DNA from: an uncultured Gemmatimonadales bacterium
GTDB lineage: Bacteria; Gemmatimonadota; Gemmatimonadetes; Gemmatimonadales; Gemmatimonadaceae
Reading direction: 5' to 3'
Assembly: GCA_963701965.1 (NCBI GenBank)
Contig: OY969695.1
Location: 288,001 to 352,000 of the forward strand
DNA length: 64,000 nt
Shown here piece by piece: positions 1 through 9,856 of the stretch. The first letter of the stretch is position 1. Every line of letters begins with the position of its first letter. The notes under the pieces were generated by a model. That model did not search any database. It saw only the letters and a list, made by a program, of their open reading frames with translations, and was not told the origin of the DNA. The position numbers and the translations under genes were made by a program.

Positions 1-532
1 GTCGAGACCGGCATCGCCCATGGCGGCTCGCTGATCTTCTCGGCATCGATGCTCGAGCTGAACGCGGCCTGCGGCGGCCCGGCCGACGCGCGCGTCGTCG
101 GCATCGACATCGACATCCGCGCTCACAACCGCGCCGCCATCGAGGCGCATCCGATGATGCGGCGGATCACGATGATCGAGGGCTCGAGCATCGCGCCTGA
201 GGTGGTCGCGCGGGTGCGCGCGCTGGCCGCGGGCAAGAAGCGCGTTCTCGTCGCGCTCGACAGCAACCATACGCACGAGCACGTCCTCGCCGAGCTCGAG
301 GCCTACGCGCCGCTGACGACCGTCGGCAGCTATTGCGTCGTCTTCGACACCATCGTCGAGAACCTGCCGAAGGAGCTCAGCTTCGATCGGCCCTGGGGTC
401 CGGGCGACAACCCGATGACCGCGGCGCGGCGCTATCTGCGGGACCACCCCGAGTTCGAGATCGACGAGCGCATCGACCACAAGCTCCTGATCGGGGTCGC
501 GCCGCGAGGGCTATCTGCGGCGCGTGCGCTGA
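1..532 (+). CDS. CmcI/cephalosporin hydroxylase-family (rhamnosyl O-methyltransferase-like) protein, 5'-partial
   Basis: Frame 1 reads VETGIAHGGSLIFSASMLEL...GIDIDIRAHN...LDSNHTHEHVLAELEAYAPL...PWGPGDNPMTA, typical of the CmcI family. One indel near 500 precedes GYLRRVR*. Confidence 0.85.
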
Positions 533-533
533 G

Positions 534-1414
534 ATGGCGGCGCCGGCCGACGCCGGACTTGTCTATGCGTGCCTAACGCACGTCCCGCTGACGCTCGAGC
601 TGCCGCCCTACGTCGTGCCGATCTACCTCGGCGCGGCACAGCACGATCGGCGCGCTCAATCTGCGCGATCTCGCGCCCGAATGGCAGCCGCACCATCCGG
701 TGCTGGGCTCGACCGCGGGCGCGTTCGCGCTCAAGAACCTGGTGCGCGAGCGCTTTCCGCAGGCGACCCGGATCGGCGTCTGCCAGTACCGCAAGTTCGT
801 CTCGCGCGAGCGGATCAGCGGCGTGCGCGATCCGCGCTATCGCGTCATGGACGTGGTGCCGCGAGCGATGCTGGCGGGCGAGCGCTTCGCCGAGCTGCTC
901 TGGCCGGGCGACGCGCAGTTCCTGGTCAGCCGGCCGCGCCGCTTCACGCGCGTGCCGTGGCACCGGCGCGGCTATCTCAAGGAGTACGCGCGCGACCATT
1001 GCGTCGAGGATTTGCTGCGCTTTACCGGCGAGGCGGTCGAGCAGGGCGTGCTGCCGCGCGGCGAGGCAGTGGCGTTCTTCCGCGAGGACGTGATCGTTCC
1101 CGGCGGCGTCGAGCTCGGCGTCTATCCGGCGTCGTTCTGGCTCGCGACCACCGAGAGCATCGAGCGCGTCGTTCGCGCCTGCGTCGACCAAGCATGCGAC
1201 GGTGCGCGATGGCTACCAGGCACGGCTCTGGTCGTTCTGTTCGGAACGCCTCGGCAGCTACCTGCTGCTGAAGCGCTTGCGCGCCGAGGTCGCGGCGAGC
1301 CCGGGCAGCGCCATCGAATGGCTCGGTCGACGGCGCTGGCGCCCGCGCTTCTGCGGCCAGCTCAATCTCGTCACCGAGGGCGACTCGCACGCCGGCTATG
1401 CCGGCGGCATCTGA
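534..1414 (+). CDS. DUF4422-like/glycosyltransferase-associated protein (frameshifted)
   Basis: Joined frames give ACLTH...PIYLG...IGVCQYRKF...GGVELG...YQARLWSFCSERLGSYLL, resembling DUF4422 motifs (IGxxHYRR, ERL). Polysaccharide-cluster context. Confidence 0.5.
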
Positions 1415-1420
1415 CTCGTA

Positions 1421-2240
1421 TCAGAGGTAGAGCGCGTCGCGCCAGGCGCCGCCTTCGCGCAGCATGTGCATCGCGTAGCCGTGCGCGACGTGCTCGGCCC
1501 GCACCCACTCGCGCGCCGAGCGCATGCGCTCGGCCTTGAAGCGCTTGCGCTGCCACCAGCTCATGCCGACCCGGGCATAGAAGTAGTCGCGGTCGCCGAG
1601 GTCCTTCTGGCCGGTCTCGAGCTTGATCGCCTTCTGCGTGATCGAGCCGAAGTGATGCAGCAGCGCGTCGCCGACGGTGCCGACCAGGACGCCGTTGCGC
1701 TGGCAGCGCACCAGGTACTCGACGTCCTCGCGGCCGCCGAGGCGACGATCGGTGTCGGGAAAGCCGATCGCCTCGAACACCTTCCGGCGCACCGCGAAGC
1801 AGACGCCGTGGAACCATCCCGGCCGCAGCGTGCCGGCCATGGCGCGGACGAACGCCGCGGCGTGTGCCTCGAAGTCGTAGTCGAGCGCGCCTTCGGCGAG
1901 CGCCGGGCTGACGACGTCGAGGTGGTGGCGATCGCCGGCGTCGAGCATCGCCGTCATCGCGTCGGCGCTGACGATGACGTCGTTGTTGAGCAGCACGACC
2001 CAGTCGCTTTCGGCGAGCAGCGAGCCCTGGGTCCAGGCGCCGCCGCAGCCGAGGTTGACGGCGTTGCGCACGCGAGCGGATGGCGGTCTGCGCCGCGAGC
2101 CACTCGGGCGTCGCGTCGCGGCTGCCGTTGTCGATCACCAGGATCGCCTCGGCGGGCGTGCCGTGGTCGAGCAGGCTCTGCACGCATTGCTGCGTGTAGT
2201 GGAGCTGATCGAGGACCGGGATGACGACGGTGTAGCGCAT
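1421..2240 (-). CDS. Glycosyltransferase family 2 (one frameshift near 2075)
   Basis: MRYTVVIPVLDQ...VIDNGSRD; NLGCGGAW...LLNNDV; GGREDVEY. Confidence 0.9.
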
Positions 2241-2244
2241 CCGG

Positions 2245-2862
2245 CTAGGTCTTGGCCCGCGGCACCCGCCCCATCAGGTAGAACTCGTCGTTCGGCCGCA
2301 TCGACGTGACGTTGGCCATCCGGTTCGACAGGCCGAAGAGGGCGGTGATGCCGGCGATGTCCCAGACGTCGTCGTCGCTGAAGCCGTGCGCGCGCAAGAC
2401 CTCGAAGTCGGCGTCGCCGACGGCGGCGGAGTCGAGCGCGACCTTCATCGCGAAGTCGAGCATCGCCCGCTGGCGCGGCGTGATGTCGGCCTTCCTGTGA
2501 TTGACCGCGACCTGGTCGGCGACGAGCGGGTTCTTCTCGTAGATGCGCAAGAGCGCGCCGTGGGCGACGACGCAGTAGAGGCAACCGTTGGCGCCGCTGG
2601 TCGCGACGATGATCATCTCCTTCTCGCCCTTGCTGAGCCCCGACTCGCGCAGCAGCAGCGCGTCGTGATAGGCGAAGAAGGCGCGAAACTCGTCGGGCCG
2701 ATGGGCGAAGGCGAGAAAGACGTTGGGGACGAAGCCGGCCTTTTCCTGGACCTCGAGGATCTTCTGGTGCACGTCGTCGGGCAGCCCCTCGAGCGCGGGA
2801 ACCGGAAAGCGACTGATCGGCCGCGCGGGCGTCGCCGATCCGGCGGAGGAGGTCGCGGCCAT
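2245..2862 (-). CDS. Peroxidase-related AhpD/CMD-family enzyme
   Basis: ISRFPVP...EKAGFVPNVF...EMIIVATSGANGCLYCVVAHGA (CxxCxxxH)...PNDEFYLMGR. Confidence 0.9.
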   Translation of the reverse strand: MAATSSAGSATPARPISRFPVPALEGLPDDVHQKILEVQEKAGFVPNVFLAFAHRPDEFRAFFAYHDALLLRESGLSKGEKEMIIVATSGANGCLYCVVAHGALLRIYEKNPLVADQVAVNHRKADITPRQRAMLDFAMKVALDSAAVGDADFEVLRAHGFSDDDVWDIAGITALFGLSNRMANVTSMRPNDEFYLMGRVPRAKT

Positions 2863-2864
2863 GG

Positions 2865-4751
2865 TCAGCTCCTGAATTGCAAGGTGTGCAAGCGCGCGTA
2901 GAGGCCGCCGGCGGCGAGCAGCTCGGCGTGGCTGCCCGATTCGACGACCCGCCCGGCGTCGATGACGACGATCCGGTCGGCACGCTCGATCGTCGACAGG
3001 CGGTGGGCGATGACCAGGCTGGTGCGGCCCTTCATCAGCCGCTCGAGCGCCTGCTGGACGAGGCGCTCGGACTCCGAGTCGAGGGCCGACGTCGCTTCGT
3101 CGAGGATCAGGATCGGCGCGTCCTTGTAGATCGCGCGCGCGATCGCCAGGCGCTGGCGCTGGCCGCCGGAGAACTCGCTCGCGTTGTGGCCGACGACGGT
3201 GTCGAGGCCATTCGGCAGCGACTCGGCGAACTCGAGCAGGTTGGCGCTGGCGAGCGCGGCACGGATCTTCTCGCGGTCGCTTTCGCCGCTGGTGCCGAGC
3301 GAGACGTTGGCGGCGACGGTGTCGTTGAAGAGAACGACGTCCTGGCTGACGAGCGCGAACTGGCGCCTGAGCGCGGCGACGTTCCACTCGGCCAGCGGCT
3401 GGCCGTCGAGCAGCAGCGTTCCCGACGTCGGCGCGATGAAGCGCGGCAGCAGGTTGACGAGCGTCGTCTTGCCCGCGCCCGACGGGCCGACCAGCGCCAC
3501 CGTCTCGCCGGCGCGCAGCTCGAGGTCGATCCGGTCGAGGGCCGGCGCCTGCGACGCGCGATAGCGCAGCGTTACCTGGCGCAGTTCGATGTGGCCGGCG
3601 CTGCGGCCGGGGTCGAAGCTGCCGCCGCGCTCGGGTCGGCTGCCGTCGATCAGGCCGATGCCCTTGTCGAGCGCCGCCAGGCCGCGCGTCACCGGGCCGG
3701 CGAGCTCGGACAGGTGCTTGATCGGTGGCACCAGCTGCAGCATGGCGACGATGAAGGCGACGAAGCTGCCGACCGAGGTGCCGCTGTGGCTGCTCTGCCA
3801 GAGCGCGGCGACGATCACCGCGGCGAGCGCACACGACGCGAGCAGCTGCGTGATCGGCGTCATCGTCGAAGCGGCGACGACCGACTTCATCGACAAGCGC
3901 CTCAGCTGCTGGCTGACACGCTCGAAGCGCGACGCCTGCGACGCTTCGGCGGCATGCAGGCGAACGCTGCGCCAGGCAAGGACGTTTTCCTCGACGACGT
4001 AGGCGAGCTCGTCGATCGAGTGCTGGCCCTGCACGGTCACGCGGTGCAGGCGACGGCTGAACTTGCGCATCACGAAGGCGAGGGCTGGCAGCAGGAGCGC
4101 GACGAACACCGTCAGCTGCCAGTTGAGCCAGACCAGGTAGCCGAGCAGCGCCAGGAAGCGAAGCGAATCGCCGACCAGGCTCTGCAACGAATAGACGAGC
4201 TGGGTCGCGCCGTTCTGGACCTCGAAGGTGAGGGTGTTGACGAGGTTGCTCGCCGTGTTGCGCGTGAAGAGCGCCGGCTCGGCGTCGAGGACGCGCTGGA
4301 ACATCGTCTGGCGCAACGCCATCGTGCCGCGATTGGCGGCCCACGCCAGGCCGTATTGCGACAGGAAACCGGCGAGGCCGCGGATCGCGGTCAGGCCGAC
4401 GACTGCGATCGGCACCGCCCAGAGCGGAAACGCGTTCTGCCGGATGCCGTCGTCGAGCAGCACCTTGAGCAGCGCCGGGATCGCCGGCTCGGTGGCGGCG
4501 GCGACGAGCGCACCGACGATGGCGAGGACGAAGCCGCGCCGGCTGCCGGCGAAAAACGGCGCGATCCGGCGCAGCCGCTCGCCCAGCCGCCGCCCCGAAA
4601 GATCGGGCGCGCCGTCGCCGGTCGCGCCGGTCGCGTCGGTCGCGGTGGCGGCAGGCCCTGTCAACGGCGGCGCGGGCATGGCCGTTGCCGAAGGCATGGA
4701 CGACAAGTCTTTCTCGTCGCGCACCTGCTCGACCGGTGTTTCCACGCTCAC
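2865..4751 (-). CDS. msbA: Lipid A export permease/ATP-binding protein MsbA
   Basis: TM domain plus Walker [39 protein letters not shown] context. Start uncertain. Confidence 0.88.
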   Translation of the reverse strand: MSVETPVEQVRDEKDLSSMPSATAMPAPPLTGPAATATDATGATGDGAPDLSGRRLGERLRRIAPFFAGSRRGFVLAIVGALVAAATEPAIPALLKVLLDDGIRQNAFPLWAVPIAVVGLTAIRGLAGFLSQYGLAWAANRGTMALRQTMFQRVLDAEPALFTRNTASNLVNTLTFEVQNGATQLVYSLQSLVGDSLRFLALLGYLVWLNWQLTVFVALLLPALAFVMRKFSRRLHRVTVQGQHSIDELAYVVEENVLAWRSVRLHAAEASQASRFERVSQQLRRLSMKSVVAASTMTPITQLLASCALAAVIVAALWQSSHSGTSVGSFVAFIVAMLQLVPPIKHLSELAGPVTRGLAALDKGIGLIDGSRPERGGSFDPGRSAGHIELRQVTLRYRASQAPALDRIDLELRAGETVALVGPSGAGKTTLVNLLPRFIAPTSGTLLLDGQPLAEWNVAALRRQFALVSQDVVLFNDTVAANVSLGTSGESDREKIRAALASANLLEFAESLPNGLDTVVGHNASEFSGGQRQRLAIARAIYKDAPILILDEATSALDSESERLVQQALERLMKGRTSLVIAHRLSTIERADRIVVIDAGRVVESGSHAELLAAGGLYARLHTLQFRS

Positions 4752-5524
4752 GCAGGGAACTCCGGTCGCTGCCTTGGACTCTGCATGAACATCAGCTTCA
4801 CGTACTTGTAGTAGGCATACTCCGCGTTGTAGATCGCAAGCATCAATCCGTGCCGACCATCGAGGAACCCGAGCTTCAGCAAGTACGTGCGCACGAAGGC
4901 GAACAGCCCGTGCCCGATCGCCTTGGCCAGGCTCGCGCTCCTTCCCCGCAACTGCATGTCGCGGGCGCTGCCGCTCGAGTAGCGATCGAGCTTTTCGAGC
5001 ACGTCATGAAGATCCGGGTAGCTGTGGTGGATCAGGCTTGCCTGCAGCTCGCCGATCGAGCCGGCGACCGTCATGTGGGCATGGAGGAAATCATCGGTGA
5101 ATCCCGAGACGGCGCGGCGGCCGAGACGAAGCGTTCGATCGGGGCGCCAGCCGCCGTGGTGCATGACGCGGCCGCAGAACTCGGACCAGCGCGGCACGCG
5201 ATAGCCGTCGTGCTTGCCGCTGGTGATCGCGGCCCGGATCTCGGCCTGCAGCGCCGGCGGGATGCGCTCGTCGGCGTCGAGCGAGAACACCCAGTCGCTC
5301 TTGGCGAGCGAGAAGCCACGCGCCACCTGCGGTCCGTAGCCCGGCCAATCGGTCACCAGCACGCGCGCGCCCGCCGCCTCGGCGATCGCCGCCGTTCGGT
5401 CCGAGCTGCCCGAGTCGAGCACCAGCACTTCATCGGCGAACGCGGCGCTGGCGATGCAGTCGGCGATGCGCGCAGCCTCGTTCTTGGCGACCACGACCAC
5501 GGCAAGCGAAACGTTCGGGCGCAT
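4748..5524 (-). CDS. Glycosyltransferase family 2, WaaE/KdtX-like LPS core glucosyltransferase
   Basis: AKNEAARI...LDSGSSDRT...WVFSLDADE...KLGFLDGRHG. Confidence 0.88.
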   Translation of the reverse strand: MRPNVSLAVVVVAKNEAARIADCIASAAFADEVLVLDSGSSDRTAAIAEAAGARVLVTDWPGYGPQVARGFSLAKSDWVFSLDADERIPPALQAEIRAAITSGKHDGYRVPRWSEFCGRVMHHGGWRPDRTLRLGRRAVSGFTDDFLHAHMTVAGSIGELQASLIHHSYPDLHDVLEKLDRYSSGSARDMQLRGRSASLAKAIGHGLFAFVRTYLLKLGFLDGRHGLMLAIYNAEYAYYKYVKLMFMQSPRQRPEFPA

Positions 5525-5597
5525 GGCGGGGACGGTCGTGGGGCGGGGTCTTCTGTCTTTGCGGCGGCGTGACGCTGATGGCGCTGCTCTCTTACCA

Positions 5598-6886
5598 TTG
5601 TCCCAGATTCAATTCGCGCGCCGCCTCGTCCTGGCCGCGTGCCTGGTTGCGGCGGCGCTGCCCGCCGCGGCGCAGTTCCGGGTCGAGATCTCAGGCGTCG
5701 GCGCGACCCAGCTGCCGATCGCGGTGGTGCGCTTTCGCGACGAGGACAAGAGCAACCAGTCGCCCTCGGCGATCATCCGCGCCGATCTCGAGCGCAGCGG
5801 CGCCTTCAAGATCGTCGACGCCGACGCCACGACGCTCGACGAGACCAGCCAGCCGAAGATGCCCGAGTGGCGCCAGCGCGCCGCCGACGCGCTCGTCGCC
5901 GGCTCGGTGACGCGCCTGGCCGACGGCCGCTACGACATCCGTTTCAAGCTCTGGGACGTGGTCAAGGGCAGCGAACTCGGCGGCCAGAGCAACGCCGTCG
6001 ACGCGAGCGAGCTGCGCCTGGCGGCGCACCGCATCGCCGACTTCATCTACGAGAAGCTGACCGGCGAGAAGGGCGTGTTCTCGACCCGCATCGCCTACGT
6101 CACCCGGGCCGGAACGCGCTACACGCTGCGCGTCGCCGATGCCGACGGCGAAAACGGCCAGGTCGCGCTCAACAGCGGCCAGCCGATCATCTCGCCGGCC
6201 TGGTCGCCGAACGGCAAGGAGCTCGCCTACGTCTCATTCGAGCGTCAGAAGGCGGTCGTCTTCGTCCACAACGTCGCCAGCGGCGAGCGCCGCGCGATCG
6301 CCGATTTCCGCGGCTCGAACAGCGCCCCGGCGTGGGCGCCCGACGGCGAGCGGCTGGCGGTGACGCTCTCGCGCGAGGGCGGCTCGCAGCTCTATTCGAT
6401 CGGCAAGAACGGCGGCGATCCGCGCCGGCTCGCCACCGAGCCCGGCGATCGACACCGAGTCCGAGTACAGCCGCCGACGGTCGCTATCTCTACTTCACCA
6501 GCGACCGCGGCGGCGCGCCGCAGATCTACCGCATGGCGGCAGGCGGCGGCAACGCCGAGCGCGTGACCTTCAGCGGCGCGTACAACATCAGCCCGACGGT
6601 CAGCCCCGACGGCCGCACGCTCGCCTACATCACGCGCGCGGGCAATGCCTTTCGCCTCGTCGTCCTCGATCTGGCGACCGCCGGCGCGCAACCGGTCACG
6701 ATTTCCGACACCAACGACGACGAGCATCCGAGCTTCGCGCCCAATGGCAGGCTCATCATCTACGCGACCCGTGTGCAGGGGCGCAGCGTGTTGATGACCA
6801 CCACGCTCGATGGCAAGATCAAGGCTCGCCTGCCGTCGCAGACGGCCGATCTGCGCGAGCCGGTATGGGGCCCGTACGGGCGCTAG
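5598..6886 (+). CDS. tolB: Tol-Pal beta-propeller protein TolB (frameshift near 6450)
   Basis: Signal peptide, LRLAAHRIADFIYEKLTGEKGVFSTRIAYV, PD40 repeats (ISPAWSPNG, SAPAWAPDG), LREPVWGP. Start approximate. Confidence 0.93.
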
Positions 6887-6939
6887 CCGCATGGCAACGC
6901 GGCGTCAGCAGCAAGCAAAGCAAAGCAAAGGAAACAGAC

Positions 6940-7479
6940 ATGAACCAACTCCATCGCCACGTTCTCACGGTGCTCGCAGCGGCCGCGCTGGCCGCGTGCT
7001 CGAGCGTCAAGCTCGACGAGCCGCCGGTCGAATCGCGAACCGGCACACCGGTCGGCGGGGGCACCGGCAGCGGCGCCAATGCCGGCGGCACGGCGCAGAC
7101 GCGGGTCGCGCCGGTCGACGTCACCAGCACCAGCAACGCCGCGTTCTCGAACCTGCCGCGCGTCGTCTACTTCGATTTCGACAGCTACGTCGTCAAGGAC
7201 GACTCCCGCCCGGTGATCGAAGCCAACGGCAAGGCGCTCGCTGCCGACCGCAAGCGCCACATCACGGTCGAAGGCCACACCGACGACCGCGGCAGCAGCG
7301 AGTACAACCTCGCCCTCGGCCAGCGCCGCGCCGAGGCGGTCGTCAAGTCGCTGACGCTCATCGGCGCCGACCCGACCCAGCTCGAGGCGGTGAGCTTCGG
7401 CAAGGAGCGGCCGGCGGTGCAGGGCGAGGACGAGGCAGCGTGGGCGAAGAACCGTCGCGCCGAGCTGGCGAGCCGATGA
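6940..7479 (+). CDS. pal: Peptidoglycan-associated lipoprotein Pal
   Basis: Lipobox LAAC, VYFDFDS, EGHTDDRGSSEYNLALGQRRA, SFGKERP, KNRRAE. Confidence 0.96.
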   Translation: MNQLHRHVLTVLAAAALAACSSVKLDEPPVESRTGTPVGGGTGSGANAGGTAQTRVAPVDVTSTSNAAFSNLPRVVYFDFDSYVVKDDSRPVIEANGKALAADRKRHITVEGHTDDRGSSEYNLALGQRRAEAVVKSLTLIGADPTQLEAVSFGKERPAVQGEDEAAWAKNRRAELASR

Positions 7480-8268
7480 GCATGATCACGCCGCGCGCCA
7501 GGTCGCTGCTGGCCGCAGGCCTGCTCGCGCTCGCTTCCGCCGCACCGGCGCACGCGGGCCTGTTCGACGACGACGAGGCGCGCCGCGCGATCCTCGACCT
7601 GAGAAAGCAGCTCGAGCAGAGCAACGAGCAGGCGCGCGCGCGTCAGAACGAGCAGATGCGCAGATGTCGGCGCAGATCGACCAGCTCAAGCGCAGCCTGC
7701 TCGATCTCAACGGCGCGATCGACGCGCAGCGCGCCGACAACGCCAAGCTGCGCGGCCAGATCGAGGAGCTCGCGCGCGTCGTCGCCGAGGTGCAGACGGA
7801 AGCAAGCCGACTTGGTGCAGGGCGTCGACGAGCGGATCCGCAAGGTCGAGCCGCAGAAGGTCACCGTCGACGACAAGGAATTCAGCGTCGATCCCGAGGA
7901 AAAGCGCAGCTACGACGATGCGCTCGCGGGCTTTCGCAAGGGCGAGTTCGACCGCGCCGCGACTGGCTTCGCGGGCTTGCTGAAGCGCTTTCCGAGCACC
8001 GGCTATCGCGCCTCGGCGCTGTTCTGGCTCGGCAACGCGCAGTACGCCAAGCGCGACTACAAGGAGGCGATCGCGAGCTTTCGCAGCCTCGTCGTCGCCG
8101 CGCCCGAGAGCCCGCGCGCGCCCGAGGCGCTGCTCGCGATCGCCAACTGCCAGGCCGAGCTGAAGGACCCGAAGGCAGCGCGAAAGACGATCGACGAGCT
8201 GGTCAAGACCTATCCGCGTTCGGAGGCCGCGCAGGCCGGGCGCGAGCGGCTGGCCATCGCTCAAGTGA
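7476..8268 (+). CDS. cpoB: Tol-Pal system protein YbgF/CpoB (several indels)
   Basis: AHAGLFDDDEARRAILDLR, coiled coil, TPRs (ALFWLGNAQY, APEALLAIANCQ). ATGA overlap with pal. Confidence 0.88.
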
Positions 8269-9091
8269 CGATGCTGGCGGCCGGCGCCGCGACCCTGCTC
8301 GGTCGCGGCCGACGGCGCCGACCTCGAGCGCCGCTTCGGCGGCCTGCGCCGGCTTGTACGGCGACAGCGCCTATGCCCGCATCCGCGGCCGCGCATGCGC
8401 CGTCGTCGGCGTCGGCGGCGTCGGCTCCTGGGCCGCGGAGGCGCTGGCGCGCAGCGGCGTCGCGGCGCTGACGCTGATCGACCTCGATCAGGTCGTCGGA
8501 GTCGAACGTCAACCGCCAGGTGCAGGCGCTCGGCAGCGACGCTCGGCATGGCCAAGGTCGACGCGCTTCGGGCGCGCATCGCCGACATCCATCCGGGCTG
8601 CTCGGTCGAGGCCGTCGAGGAGTTCGTCGACGAATCGAACTGGCCGGCGCTGCTCGCGCGGCCGGTCGCAGGCGGTGATCGATGCCTGCGACAGCGTGCG
8701 CGCAAAGGCCGTGCTCGCGGGCTGGTCGCGGCAGAGCGGCACGCCGCTGGTGATCGTCGGCGCCGCCGGCGGCAAGCGCGCCGCCGAGCGGGTCGAGGTC
8801 GGCGACCTCGCCGAGGTCACGCACGACCCGATGCTCGCCGCCTTGCGTCAGCGTCTGCGCAAGCTCCACGGGGCGCCGCGCGCGGGCAAGCTCGACCTCT
8901 GCTGCGTCTTCTCGCGCGAGCCTGTCGCGATGCCCGGCGGCGACGGCTGCGAGGTCGACGGCAGCCTCAACTGTCATGGCTACGGCTCGAGCGTCGCCGT
9001 GACCGCGACCTTCGGCATGGTCGCCGCAGCCCGGGCGCTAGAATTCGCGGCGCTGTCCGCATCGCCGGCCCACTCCATCCTCCACCTTATA
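8265..9091 (+). CDS. tcdA: tRNA threonylcarbamoyladenosine dehydratase (ThiF/E1-like), frameshifted
   Basis: VVGVGGVGSWAAEALARSGV, IDLD, SNVNRQ, VIDACD, GAAGGK, HDPMLA, LNCHGYGSSVAVTATFG. Ends approximate. Confidence 0.85.
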
Positions 9092-9105
9092 ATCATAGGC
9101 TCGGA

Positions 9106-9180
9106 GGGTTGTTAGCTCAGTTGGTAGAGCAGCGGACTTTTAATCCGTAGGTCGTGGGTTCGAGCCCCGCACAACCCACA
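9106..9180 (+). tRNA. tRNA-Lys(TTT)
   Basis: GGGTTGT acceptor pairs with ACAACCC; anticodon loop CTTTTAA; GTTCGAG T-loop. TATAAT lies just upstream at 9088-9093. Confidence 0.95.
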
Positions 9181-9211
9181 CGCGGCAACCTTCCGAAGCA
9201 GCACAGTTTTC

Positions 9212-9287
9212 GGGCTCTTAGCTCAGTTGGTAGAGCAGCGGACTCTTAATCCGTAGGTCGAGTGTTCGAGTCACTCAGGGCCCACCA
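9212..9287 (+). tRNA. tRNA-Lys(CTT)
   Basis: GGGCTCT...AGGGCCC-A-CCA; anticodon loop CTCTTAA. Confidence 0.96.
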
Positions 9288-9382
9288 AGTAAATCAAGGG
9301 GTTAGCTTATTCGAGCTAGCCCCTTGGTCGTTCTAGCGTAGCCAAATCTGGCTACGTTGCAGCTACGTTTTGGCTACGTTGC
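9288..9382. mobile_element. Putative att junction of an integrative island: hairpin plus arm-type repeats
   Basis: Inverted repeat AAGGGGTTAGC...GCTAGCCCCTT directly after the tRNA 3' end. Repeats TGGCTACGTTGC (9349, 9371), AGCTACGTTT (9361) and inverted CGTAGCCA (9337). Confidence 0.55.
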
Positions 9383-9481
9383 TGCTTAGCACGCTCCTGT
9401 CCCCCTCTGTCAGACGCTGGCCGACCCACGGATTCTTGGTCCATCTGTCGAGGCGTGGCCCTGGTCGGCGGGGTTTGTCAG

Positions 9482-9760
9482 CTAGTTAGATTGAACGTCC
9501 GTCGTGCGTTGCCCGCCGTAAGAGGTGGAGCACATCCTTCGGCAAGCCGAGCCTGTCGACGCCGGCGAGGCATCCCTGGAGTGAGCATCGGACAGCTGGT
9601 TCCAAACAAGATCTTGTGCTTGCCCGGGCCGTACACGTTCGGGTGCTTCATCATCTGCGAGATCATCTCGGCGACCCAAGGAACCCGATGAGGTCGCCGA
9701 CGATGCGCAGCTCCGGAATCAAGGACGCTGACGCAGCTCGCGCTGGGCAATTCAATGCGA
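9482..9760 (-). pseudogene. Amidohydrolase_2-family C-terminal remnant
   Basis: Fragments PELRIVG..IG/PWVAEMISQMMKHPNVY/HKILFGTSCPM/GNARRTFNL across frames. N-terminus absent, apparent internal deletion. Confidence 0.6.
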
Positions 9761-9856
9761 ACGAGAACCGCGGTGCACCACGCACGATCTGGGACCTGCG
9801 ATGTCCTCCTCCTTCGCTTCGGTGCGATAGCATCCTTTCTGGCAAGGGGAACGCGC

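Noticed and set aside
2877..4811. Long antisense ORFs (also 24940..26955, 34696..37020, 40661..42622, 44973..46373, 62117..63769)
   Set aside because: Shadow frames opposite recognisable genes in high-GC DNA, with no motifs of their own.
6911..6931. GCAAA tandem repeat upstream of pal
   Set aside because: Only about three units of a purine-rich RBS leader, with no evidence of phase variation.
5524..9100. tolB-pal-cpoB without adjacent tolQRA
   Set aside because: Split tol-pal loci are plausible, and tolQRA may lie elsewhere. Nothing here shows loss.
9337..9382. Short repeats read as a CRISPR array
   Set aside because: Units are 8-12 bp without unique spacers and no cas genes are in the window.
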